64,000 nucleotides of DNA from Haliotis cracherodii (Eukaryota): assembly GCF_022045235.1 (NCBI RefSeq), contig NW_027266273.1, positions 17,608,001-17,672,000 of the forward strand, in the 5' to 3' direction. Every line of letters starts with the position of its first letter. Positions within the stretch are counted from its first letter, which is position 1. A program made the position numbers and the translations under genes. Shown piece by piece: positions 51,984 through 64,000 of the stretch. The notes beneath the pieces are model-generated. The model was not told where the DNA came from. It searched no databases and saw nothing but the letters and a program-made list of their open reading frames with translations.

Positions 51984-52132
51984 GTGAGTGAGTGCATGTA
52001 GCAATATTCCAGCAATATCACGGCGGGGGACACAAGAAATGGGTTTCACACATTGTACCCATGTGGGGAATCGAACCCGGGCCTTCAGCGACGAGCGAAC
52101 ACTTTAACCACCACACTCCACCCACCGCCCCA
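51984..52132 (-). mobile_element. SINE family B shared by both arms (partner 61110-61265)
   Basis: Same position in both arms. Confidence 0.8.
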
Positions 52133-52719
52133 CGTGATCAAAGTTCTTAGAGGGAAAAAGGAACACCAACTCAGTACTTTGGGGTATATACACGTTTTAT
52201 TAATACAAGTAGCTATGTACAAGAAGGCATATATGTGCTGGCTGGGCTAAGAGCAATTCCAATCCTAGAATATTCATCCATTGTACTTTTCTCCATTCCA
52301 TTATGATAAATATGCTTGACCAAATTTGTCACCAATCAAGTAAAGTTGAAGTTACTATCACATAGATTGCGATTGGCGTCTTCTCCAGCGGTTGGATTCA
52401 GTGTGCTCATCATAATAGAATAACGTAGAACACAGGATTGGGGGAGGCCATATGGTTTCAATAACATCAAATTGCTAATAACATCAAAGGCATATGACAA
52501 AGAAGATGTAATAAATATAAAAATAAACTAACAAATGAAAAAAGAATGTATACACAGTTTAGGTTGTCTGACAATAGGGGTAAAATGCATTAGAAAATGT
52601 AAGGATTAAGATATCACGTTTTATATCACTTTTCATGTGTCTGTACAAGATCACATAAAACAAAGGTGTTATTGCTAATATTTGACATAGCACGTGCAAA
52701 TACATGACACCCATAAGAG

Positions 52720-53950
52720 GTGGCGCTCGTTTTAATTTGAGCAAAAAGATCCTTTATCTGCTTCATGGGCATGTCTGCATCTTGCAATGTATTACAACCT
52801 GGAAACATAATGCATTACTGTTAGTCCATCTATCTCAATAACATCAGTAATATTACCATATCACATGTATCAACACCAAGTTACAACACCATTTTCATAA
52901 TCATAAAAAAATGCTAAACGAATAGTCCATTGTACGATTCCGACAATGACTTAAATATGTGTTAGCCAATCTCTAACAAAACGTTCCTGCAAGCCGTAAA
53001 CATGTTTTGAAATGTTATCCATATTGCAGTTGTTTTCCATTTAAAACAATTCCTGTAACAATTCACTTTTGATTTAGTACTGTAATAGAAGTTTATCATG
53101 TGTAATACTATTGTGGTCATGGAAAGATAGTCTGTGCACTTTAAATACATATTTCACTATTCTGCAAAAGGTACAGTAATAGTAATAGCCCATCAATAGT
53201 TGAATAACGGAATACATTTAACTAAACTAAACTTGTTTATGGTTAGAAAACGTTGTTGATGAATAGCAAATCCCCCAAACATTGATGTTAAAAATATATC
53301 ACATGATCTGATTTGATAAAAGTGTTCACGTCCATCAAAGCTATGCGATATTATTTGACAAATATTAATCCGGATGCTGAAAACCACAAAATGATTTGTT
53401 GTTTAGTTATAACCTGGGGACTCGTGCATATTCCATGCAGAACTTACTAGGAAAGACCCTGCCAGTTTGGATCCATCCATATACCCTCCTGACGCCCCTG
53501 TCGTCATTGTTGTGCACAGCTGTTCATCCTGAACTGATGAAGCCACATTGTGTACATTTTCTAAAACTAATCAAATCTTGAATAATGATATCTTACAAGC
53601 GCATTACAACAACTCCATACGATAACGTCCAAGACATCAAAAACTCAAGCTAGGTAACTTTATAACTGTTTGTCTTCACACCCCTCTTGAGGCGTCAATC
53701 ACTAAAAGTAATCATTATATTGATCCATTCTCGATTAATTAAGCAAGCACAATCACAAAGGAATCTTAGACATCCATAGCATTAATGCATCTTTGTCTAT
53801 GCCTATATACAGTGAAACACCGAAAGCCTATCTACCTGTGGGATGGGGCGTCTCCTGTGTGTGTCTCTGTGCCTCTTCTAAGGCCGGTGCCACTTCATCC
53901 TTACCCGCCAAGACATCAGGTAAATTGCGTTCTTCTCCTGTGTGAACCAT
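52720..53950 (-). pseudogene. Deleted copy of orphan protein B
   Basis: Exon 1 is intact (MVHTGEERNLPDV..). Exon 2 lacks ~28 nt. Exon 3 jumps from KQIKDLFAQIKTS directly to sequence matching 60515 onward (~970 bp deletion). Confidence 0.88.
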
Positions 53951-55399
53951 TCTGAAACACCGAACACATGTGATAAGCATATTGAATGGCGTTGAGTTGA
54001 AAATCGACCCACGCAATTGCACGAGGACATGCAATCAACCAAGTCAGCGAGCTTGACCACCCGATCCCGTTAGTCGCCTCTTACGACAAGCATGGGTTGC
54101 TGTAGACCTTTTCTAGCCCGGATATACAGGGGTGGGGCATGTGAGTACTTTAGACAACAACATACGGCTTGATTGATAATAAATAGGAGCTAACGACCCA
54201 CAAAGTGATGTTTTAGGAGACTTGAGGTCCACTTTTAACCATGCTTTACATCGATCCTATTAATGAGAGAGCGTGAGTGACGAGAGTTTTTTTACTTGCC
54301 AGACCTTAAAATGAAATTAATACCTTGACCTATGTTGAGACTTATCTGGTAAGTGATGCAGCTGTAGTTGTTACAGGTAGATGTGTCATCAAGCGTATTC
54401 CTGACAGGAGCAACACCAAGACAACACAGCTCCTCTACCTCAGACTGAATGTCAACACAGCAACCACAATTACACCTGTAACATTATTGCATCAGGAATA
54501 TTTATTTTCATGATTTACACTTTGTTTAAGTATACAGTTCATTACCAGGCCAAGGCATATAAATTAATATCAAGTGAAAACAATTTTACATTTTTACTAA
54601 GGGATATGCAATTAATAATTACAACACAGGGTATCTGACTTGAAGTATCCATGATGTCCGAATGATAAAACATATTTTAAAATGCCAAGTAAATTTTAAT
54701 AGTGGCACAAACTTATGGTTACTGTTAGGTCTATTTAAGAGGTATCAAATATCTGCCTGAAGAAATTTTCCAGTGACCAGTTATGCTGGGGTATGTAACA
54801 GTTCCCCAGCAATGTTGCAATAGCTTTGTTGTTATTCCGTGGTGAGAACAAGCCAATAGTATAAACAATGATCTATTAAACTGATGTCAAACAAAACACA
54901 AAATATTGGGACTCATCTGGACCGTCTTTTCAAAAGGTGCTAGTCGCGTACAACGGGTGGCAGATCGGACAGCCGATTGAACACGACATTGAACAATATG
55001 ACAGTCGTTTTGAATATGAATTTGGATCTTAAATATTATTTCATAGATCTGGAGAGGTGAACATGTGGCTCTTGTCAGTATGTTTACAATCGGAAACAAC
55101 GTGTTGACTCAGCAGCCTGCGGGACGAACACCTAAATCGTGTTACGCAAAGAGTAGCAACGGTTAGCGACATATCTATTTGTTTATTAAAATTGCCATGT
55201 AGCCTTCGAAGAAGCCCATCGTGTGGTGAGGATAGTGAAACATTTTTTATAAGCTTGGATTGGACGATATTGGCATGGAATCGTGACAGGGTGGCACGTG
55301 ATAAAAGGTTAAAGAAGAGTATGGGTTAAGCTACCAGGCATGGCAAATATCTCTAAGAATACGTTTCGCTTCTGGGGGTGTACATTAACAGGACCGCGC

Positions 55400-56360
55400 G
55401 TCTGTCTGGGCAACGTGAGAGTTATGTACTGGAGCATTGTCTTGCAGGAGACGGACACTTTTGGTCAGGATGCCATGCCCTTAAGCTTGATAGCGTCCTG
55501 CAATTTCCGCAGCAGTGAAGCATAATAAGCTCCTGTAATTGTGGTACCCTTTGCCAAGAAATCCATCATCACTACTCCGTGCTGGTCCCAAAACACCGTG
55601 AGCATGGCCTTGCCTGCAGAGGGTTGGACACGTGCCTTCTTTGGGGATGGTGACCCCACATGCTTCCATTGCATCGACTGAACTTTACCCTCAGGATCAT
55701 AGTGATGGACCCATCCTGTGTGATAAGTCTGTCACAAACGTTTGCCTGTTGTTGTTTTTTGGCACATATCCAAAAGATCCTTTGAGCAATTGACTCGTTC
55801 CTGCTTTTGGAAAGGTGTGAGCAACCTGGGAGTCCATCGTGCAGACACCTTATGCATGTTGAAATTGTCATGGATGATTTTTTCCACAGACCCTATACTG
55901 GTCTTGACATCTTATGCTAACTGGCGAACAGTTATACGTCGGTCTGCCAAAATGGCGGTCTCCACTTGATGGATAGTGTCCTCATCAATGGCTGAATTGG
56001 GGCGACCCGGAATGGCAGCTGTTTCCACAGATGTCCGACCACACTTGAACTGGCGATGCCAGTGTTTAACAACGTCATATATTAGGGCATCTTCCCCATA
56101 AGTTGCTTTCATTTCATCGAAAGTTTATTTTGGTGTGCGACCTTTCAAATATAAAAACCTAATCACTGCTCGGTATTCTACTGGCTCTATTGTCACACCC
56201 TACTCGATCATAACACCTGTATAAGTGGTAAGATTAATAGTTCGGTGCTGCAAATTCAGACATAACCCATAGCTACATGTATCATTACACATGTGAAATT
56301 TCAAGCAAATATGATAACCCTAAGTGGTTGAGGGGAAATCTTTAATGAACACCCCTCGTA
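55400..56360 (-). mobile_element. Decayed mariner (DD34D-type) transposon, 3' truncated
   Basis: Terminus TA-cgaggggtgttcattaa. Translations include YRAVIRFL, GRTSVET..GRP, DRRITVRQLA, KVSARWTPRLLT, VHHYDPEGK.QSMQWK, SAGKAMLTVFWD, LLQDNAPVH, with stops and frameshifts. Confidence 0.92.
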
Positions 56361-57847
56361 CACTGAGCTGTAATGAAATATTTAGGCCAAGTTTATTCTT
56401 ACCACAGTGGCCTCGTCGGTTGTTCAGTAGATGGGTCGGAGGCCGATGACACGAATAAAAGGTCTTCGCTTGATTCCTCTTCGTCACCATACCTTGACTT
56501 TATCTGGCAGTTCTGGAAATTTTCTGGTGAAGGTACTTGATATCTTTTGCGTTGAGAATAGACAGGAACCCAGTTGAATTGTCACCAATTACGTCATAAT
56601 CTAAGGGGGATAACTCAGGTCTGTTTAGCTCGGAAAACGAAGGCCTCATAACGGCATATCATTTTCACACTGTTGTGAGCTTCCTACGTTCACTGTGAAA
56701 AAAATGAGTGTATATTTTCAAACACTGATACAAACTAATTCTAAAATTGCGTTTTGTTTACAAAAAGAAAGAAAGTGATTTTTGCGTGTACACTTTGAGA
56801 CCATATTGTTTTAAAAGGTTGTTGTGTAGGTTATCTTTTGAATATATTTAGTACAAAAACATCTAAATAATTAACTAGGTGTATATAAGACTAAAGAAAA
56901 TTAGACACAGTTGAACGATTAACGCGCAAAAATATGCATCCGCGAGTTTGTGCTGTACACTGTATGGCCCATTTCCTACTTTCACGGCCGAGTCCTCTTT
57001 GCGGTTACGGGAATGGGCGTGAATTGCCGATTGCAATTGCACGTGGCGAGATGACGTCACGGATACGGTATGTCCTTCCGGTATTGATGATAACCTATTT
57101 TTAGATCGTGGGCCTTCCCACATTTTACACAAGGCGTTGGGACATCGAGGCAACAACGTTAACACGTCTACATATTGTCTCACCGTTTGACCGCTGAAGA
57201 CAGCAATCGAATAAGATTTACCTCTAATTTCCCATGGAATTCAAGTTTATACCGGTACAACTAAATCTCTCTGGATGTGTTCACGAGAGAGGTAAGCACA
57301 ACCTTTACTGAGTGTAACCCACATGACATGAATTCATACCTCCATGTCATGTTCACACAATTCATTTTCTGTTCACAATAGTAGTATCCACCATTAATGT
57401 CCCAGATTGCCTTGTATATCGTCTTTCTAAACGACAATCTCTTTATTAACATTCCTTGCTTTAATTGGCTTCTTCCCCTCGGAATATCTCAAGTCTCAAC
57501 ATAGGTCAAGATGTTAATTTCATTTTAAGGTCTGGCAAACTACTGTTTACTTCGCAAATCGTTACTTTAACCATTACCTACTAATTCTGTAGCATTCTGA
57601 ACGTATAACATTATAAAGAAATTTAGCATGCATACATTAACCTTGATGAGAAAAATGACACATATCTAAATATAAATATGCAAATGTAAAAAAACTCTCG
57701 TCACTCACGCTCTCTCATTGATAGGATCGATGTATAGCATGGTTAAAAGTGGACCTCAAGTCTCCTAAAACATCACTTTGTGGGTCGTTAGTTCTCATTT
57801 ATTATCAATCAAGCCGTATGTTGTTGTCTAAAGTACTCACATGCCCC

Positions 57848-58062
57848 ACCCGTGTATATCCGGGTTAGAATAGGTCTTCAGCAACCCATGCTTGTCGTAA
57901 GAGGCGACTAACGGGATCGGGTTGTCAGGCTCGCTGACTTGGTTGATTGCATGTCCTCGTAAACCAATTGCGTGGGTCGATGTTCTTGATATCAATCACT
58001 AGATCGTCTGGACCAGATTCGATTAATTACAGACCGCCGTCATATAGGTTGAATATTGCTCA
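57848..58062 (+). mobile_element. SINE family D (truncated partner at ~54000-54125)
   Basis: Matches consensus. Confidence 0.82.
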
Positions 58063-58291
58063 ATATCTGCTATATCCATCTAGGACAAACTGAAATTCAA
58101 ATGTTTTGTGTTGGAATTGTCCTGGATGGATATAGCATGTATATAGCATGTATATATAGTTTAATTGTTCAAAGTAGATATTGTGCAGTCTGCTTACAAT
58201 TTGATGAACCCCTTAACATTCCTGGCACACAACATCGTATTCCAACTCAACGCCATTCAATATGCTTATCACATGTGTTCGGTGTTTCAGA

Positions 58292-60449
58292 ATGGTTCAC
58301 ACAGGAGAAGAACGCATTTTACCTGATGTCCCGGCGGGTAAGGATGAAGTGGCACTGGCCTTAGAAGAGGCACAGAGACACACACAGGAGACGCCCCACC
58401 CCACAGGTAGATAGGCTTTCGGTGTTTCACTGTATATAGGCATAGACAAAGATGCATTAATGCAATGAATGTCTAAGATTCCTTTGTGTTTGTGCTTGTT
58501 TAATTAACCGAGTATGGATCAATATAATGATTACTTTTAGTGATTGACGCCTCGAGAGGGGTGTGAAGACAAACAGTTATAAAGTTACCTAGCTTGAATA
58601 TTTGATGAATGTCTTGGACGTTATCGTATGGAGTTGTTCGCCTATCTGCTTGTAAGGTATCATTATTCAAGCTTTGATTTGTTTCAGAAAATGTACGCAA
58701 TGTGGCTTCATCAGTTCAGGATGAACAGCTGTGCACATCAATGACGAAGGGGGCGTCGGGAGGGTATATGCTTGGATCCAACGTGGCAGGGGCGCACCAT
58801 GGAGATAATTACATTCTGTACTTTCCAAGTAAGTGTTGCATGGAATATGCACGAGTCCCCTTGTGTTGACCAGGATGAATTTATAACTAAACAACAAATC
58901 ATTTTGTGGTTTTCAGCATCCGGATTAATATTTGTCAAATAATATCGCATAGCTAGGGGATGTGAACACTTTTATCAAATCAGATCATGTGATATATTTT
59001 TCACATCAATGTTTGGGGGATTTGTTATTCTTCAACCGACAACGTTTTCTAACCATAAACAAGTTTAGTTTAGTTACATGTATTCCGTTATTCTTCTATT
59101 GATGGACGTATTACCTTTTGCAGAATAGTGAAATATGTATATAAAGTGCACCGACTATATTTCTATGACCATAATAGTATCACACATGATATAATTCTAT
59201 TGCAGTTGTACACAAATCAAAAGTGAATTGTTACAGGAATTTTTTAAATGGAAAAAAACTCTGCAATATCGATAACAGTTCAAAACATGATTACAACTTG
59301 CTGAAACTAGAGATTGGCTAACGCATATTTAAGATATTGTCGGAATCGTACAATGGACTATTCTTTTAGCATTTTTTTATGATCATGAAAATGGTGTTGT
59401 AACTTGGTGTTAATACATGTAATATGTTAATATTACTGATGTTATTGAGATAGATGGACTAACAGTAATGTATTATGTTTCCAGATGCAGACGTACCCTT
59501 TAAGCAGATAAAGGACCTTATTGATCAAATGAAAACGAGCGTTTCTTCCACCAGGACTGCACAGAATCAACCGTGCCAAACTCCTATGACTGACAAGGGA
59601 AACGACAATGCTGATGAACACATCACGAGTGGGGTCTCATATGCGGAACATGAAGAGGAACACCTGATGACAGATGAGGAACTCTACTTTCACCTTCATC
59701 AGTGTCACATCGATGTAAGTGATGAGGACATTAATGCCTTAAAGGATGATGAGGTGTATTGTTATATTGTGGATTTCCTTGCGTGCTACAATATCAGGAG
59801 GTCAGGACCAAGATGTGATTCCACCGCATTGGGAGTTAAGATGAGAAATACAGTGATTCACCATACACGTAACAAGATAGACCCGCCCAATGCTGCAACA
59901 GAAGAAACTACTTCAGATGTCAAACTTAAGTTTAATGTCAAAGGTGGGAAAGATTCCGGGAAGCAGGGAAAGGACCTTCTTGATGATGTCGACTCAGAGC
60001 ATCTGATGGAAGATTGTACAATTGCACCAACACAACTACATGGACTTAATGACATCCCTGGAAGATGTGTGGAGTTTACATATGATTTGAGATGGATCCA
60101 GTCTCGCGCAGTGAGAGTCATTACCAGGCACAATGTGGAAAAAACTGTTGAGATAGGAAAATTACTTTCTTTAGAAAAAGTGCGCAATGTTTTCTCATTT
60201 TTGGACGCTATTCTGACTGAATTTGATCAACATTGGACTACGCGCGGTTCAGGGTTTTATCCACTTCATCCTGAATCTATTTCAGAAATTATCAGAATTG
60301 ATTTGAGAGACATTCAGAACATATTAGTAAGAGTGAAAACTAAACAAAATGTCGAATTGATTTTGCAGATTAGTGCCATGAAACCATCAAAGATCAAGAT
60401 TCAAAAGATCGAACATTTTCTGTCTGGCATGCTTTTAGAAGAATATTGA
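58292..60449 (+). CDS. Orphan protein B (~406 aa); exons 58292-58406, 58688-58828, 59485-60449; C-terminal duplicated helical module
   Basis: Canonical acceptors (gtttcag, gtttcag, tttccag) and donors (gtagat, gtaagt), both introns phase 1, open frame MVHTGEERILPD..PHPT|ENVRNV..GAHHGDNYILYFP|NADVPFKQIK..MLLEEY*. Confidence 0.8.
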
Positions 60450-61570
60450 GCGACACAATTACATCAATTGATGATTGGGTCATATGATACACCATGTCGT
60501 CAGTACTGCCCTGTCACTTCCTATGGGTGTCATGTATTTACACGCACTATGTCAAATATTAGCAATAACACCTTTGTTTTGTGCGATCTTGTACAGATAT
60601 ATGAAAAGTGATATAAAACGTGATATCTTAATCCTTACATTTTCTAATGCATTTTACCCCTGTTGTCAGCCAACCTAAACTGTGTATTAACCTTTTCTTC
60701 ATTTGTTAGTTTATTTTTATATTTATTACATCTTCTTTGTCATATGGCTTTGATGTTATTAGCAATTTGATGTTATTGAAACCATATGGCCTCCACCAGT
60801 CCAGTGTTCTACATTATTCTATTATGATGAGCACACTGAATCCAATCGCTAGAGAAGACGCCAATCGCAATCTTTCTGATAGTAACTTCAACATACATAG
60901 ATCAGTGACAAATTTGGTCAAGCATATTTATCATAATGGAATGGAGAAAAGTACAATGGATGAATATTCTAGGATGGGAATTGCTCTTAGCCCAGCTAGC
61001 ACATATATGCCTTCTTGTACATAGCTACTTGTATTAATAAAACGTGTATATACCCCAAAGTACTGAGTTGGTGTTTCTTTTTCCCTCTAAGAACTTTGAT
61101 CACGTGAGCGGTGGGGGGATAGTGGTGGTTAAAGTGTTCGCTCGTCGCCGAAGGCCCGGGTTCGATTCCCCACATGGGTACAATGTGTGAAGCCCATTTC
61201 TTGTGTCCTCTGCCCTGATGTTGCTGGAATATTGCTACATGCAGCGTAAAACCATACTCACTCACTTTGAACACTAAAACGCTGAAATTGCTTATTGATA
61301 TCAAAATGTGTCAGCCCTATTTATCACCTTCTGTCATAGATAGCATAAGTATGGTTCTATTTGTAAGACAAAGGGTGAACTAAAATCAATCTTTGAGGTA
61401 CTATAATGAATCATTGTACGCTTTAGATTTAAATCATTTTATAGAATTCATTCTTTTAATAAATACATGTATTTTGTATTCATAATGGGACGTTTTAATG
61501 TTGTAAATAATCACATATTTTAGTCATACACAGATCACAGCAGGCAAAGATTCGTTTATCGTCTTCTGAA

Positions 61571-61940
61571 ATGCTGGAATTTCTATTCCCCTTACTATGG
61601 GCCTTCCATCTATGTCTCAAGAATAGTTTTCAGTTGTATAGATATTTGTTTTATATTGGTTGTAGAATAAATGATCATTCAAATTTAGATTTTTATTCCA
61701 CTATGAAGTCAACTTTCGCAATTGAACAATATTTGCTTCATATACACCAAAGAGACCAAAGAAGACGTTTTACATTATTTAGAATTGGAGAATTACAAAT
61801 TATGAAAAATATAGGTAGGCGGGAGCGTGTACCTAGAAACCTTAGATTTTGTCGTTTTTGTAAACATATTATAGAAGATAAGTTGCATTTTTGTTAGTAT
61901 GCCCAACTTATGATATTGTAAGACACATTTTCCTAACAAT
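61571..61940 (+). mobile_element. Non-LTR retrotransposon (CR1/L2-group) ORF2 3' fragment; partner at ~51320-51680
   Basis: FTLFRIG..IGRRERVPRNLRFCRFCKHIIEDKLHF resembles the GRxxxxPRxxRxCxxC..EDxxHF C-terminal motif. Confidence 0.7.
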
Positions 61941-62537
61941 AACTTATAAAATGAGTACTCCCTCAGAACTTTACTTCAAACTTCAAACATTGAAACCTTG
62001 TCATTATGTGCTAAATACATGAAAGATGACCTACGTTCTTCTTCATTATTATAATTCTAATTGCACTTTTAATTGCACTCTGTACCTCTTCTAATTTTAC
62101 CAGCACTTTGTATATAATACATGTATCTATATTGTACCTGGGCCTGTGGCCTGTATACAGAAATAAACTTCTTCTTCTACTTTGTGCACTTGTGTCAAAT
62201 CCTGTAAATAGATATGCTGGGACATCTATTGGGATTTCATACCCAAGTGGAAAACCAGGATGAATGTACATAGTCAATGAGTCCGAAAGATTCTATTTAG
62301 GAAGAAGGGATCTCTGGTGGTCAATCGGTATACATGGTCGCTGTAATAATATGCGTTAAGACCCTTAATTATGCCAGCATCCACTGCAAAGATGGCATCA
62401 TTGCCAGTTACTTTCTGAACTTCAGCTAGTTATAACACAATAAACAATAGAAGGCTTGCATATTTGATTGTGGGCATGCATCTTGTGTCACTTTGTTTAT
62501 CTGCACAGATAGAATTCTGATTCCGACTATGGAACTA

Positions 62538-63050
62538 AAAGTACTCACGGAAATGAAAAAAACCCTGTTTTTTCGACAACAGATCTTAAATTATTGCAGT
62601 TAATATACAAAATATGTAAATATTCAAACAACTAAATTAGTACTAATTGGGCCGTTGCACAAATACAGCGTATCAAATGTTTTTATGCCTTTTTACACGT
62701 AAAAGTGTGTAAAAATGTGAATCAAACAGACTATTGTGAAACAGGGCATAACCAGGTGTGAGTAGATCAAGGTGACCTATGACACCTTGACGACAGACGA
62801 GAACAGGTGCGTAATGCCTATAGTCTGTTTCTGCTATGTCAATTTGAACTTAGTTTTATTTTTGAATGTTGAAAGTGCCGACAAATTACCTCCTCTAAAG
62901 TACATTTTGTATTGTTCACTGAGATCAAACTAGCAAATCCAGACTAGTACTTTTCGAGTTGTTTTGTTATTTCGTATTTACAGCTATGTAACACTTTGTG
63001 TCGATTTTTAAATTAAGAAAAACAGGTTTTTTTCATTTCCGTGAGTACTT
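62538..63050. mobile_element. MITE family F, right arm only
   Basis: Inserted at the TA of ggaacTAgtcc; empty site at ~50549-50559. Confidence 0.9.
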
Positions 63051-64000
63051 TAGTCCATCAGGTTCGATAACACTCAAAGTCAGTAACTGAGGACCACGTT
63101 TTGATTTGTCTTCGTTTTCGTAATGGATTAGTGTTGGTCAGATACGCTCATTTTGACGGGTTATCTGACTGATTTTCTGGCCACATGTTATTTGTTGGCA
63201 TTGTGTCGCACATGACAACGAACTTGTTCATTAAACATGTCTTCAAGCAACATTGTCTTTGGCTACTTCAACAGATGCACACAATTTGACGCATCACCTT
63301 TTAAAGTGGTGGTCCTTAGCAAATATTGAGTAGTATACATCGGTACACATCTATGATATATTTCTGCCGTGATGCAATTACTTGTATTAAATAAATCACA
63401 TCGAATCTGTACGTATGGCATTGCTACATTTATTCATACAACATACACACCTTCAACAAAGTATTATTCTGACAGACGAATTTTGAGGTGAGGTGAAATG
63501 GGGTTTAACGTCGCGTCCAAGATTATTGCAGACAGACAGACAGACAGACAGACAGACATGCAAATTTATTCGGTACTACAGGCCACCGGCCCATAATACA
63601 ACGGAAATATACTGTATATATATTTGCATGCTGAGGAGATTTGATAATGATTTGCCGTTCAACACAGTGTTTCCGTTCGAATATTCATGACTTGGAAGAG
63701 AAATTTACCTAAGCCTTTTATAATTTGTTCGTTTTCAGCTGACGTAAGTCTTATATATATGTAATTCTCAATAGAGGGAGGGGTAACGAGACACTTGGGA
63801 AAAGAGTTTCTTCTTGCTCTAGAATACTGGTCACAAATTATAAGAACATGGACTTCATCTTCAACATGGTTATGTCCCTTTGAAAAACAGAAAGTGCAAA
63901 CACGTTCATTATATGGGATGTTGTTGTGACGCCCCAGTTCAACAGCAAGTCTAAAAATGATTACACCGGAACATGTCTAAAAGTCTACGTTGGTACGAAG

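Larger units (their letters stand above)
50095..63530. repeat. Large inverted duplication: arms ~50095-54343 and ~57491-63530, spacer ~3.1 kb
   Basis: Colinear reverse-complement matches throughout, e.g. 50104-50165 vs 63460-63525, 52140-52330 vs 60905-61103, 54297-54343 vs 57491-57537. Confidence 0.93.

Noticed and set aside
55400-56200. Active mariner transposase causing the inverted duplication
   Set aside because: Multiple stops and frameshifts, 3' half missing, and its ends do not coincide with the arm boundaries

Overview
Repeat-rich animal genomic DNA. It is probably molluscan (gastropod/abalone-like), inferred only from SINE style and gene content. Six genes can be built by hand from splice signals and reading phase. 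(1) Two paralogous TRPV-like channels with single-exon CDS and a reduced ankyrin N-terminus: 1-1836 minus (runs off the window and is absent from the ORF track) and 14624-16750 plus. (2) Between them, a TIR-domain gene without a TM/LRR region, probably spliced to a disordered tail. (3) A DNase I gene on the minus strand (9 coding exons found, 22599-32006) with all catalytic residues, a C173G change and an extra ~140-aa C-terminal exon of unknown family. (4) Two orphan multi-exon genes (41020-44562 minus, 58292-60449 plus) that appear to share a duplicated ~55-75-aa helical module; one carries a RHIM/cRHIM-like motif. A large inverted duplication (50.1-54.3 kb vs 57.5-63.5 kb) holds a deleted pseudogene copy of the second orphan and surrounds a decayed mariner. 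Also present: four SINE families with related 3' tails, two MITE families, LINE/Penelope fragments, a 3' fragment of the TRP gene copied to 47.3-48.3 kb, and intronic minisatellites, one of which reiterates a splice donor. All gene models are manual and need RNA-seq confirmation; repeat boundaries are approximate.
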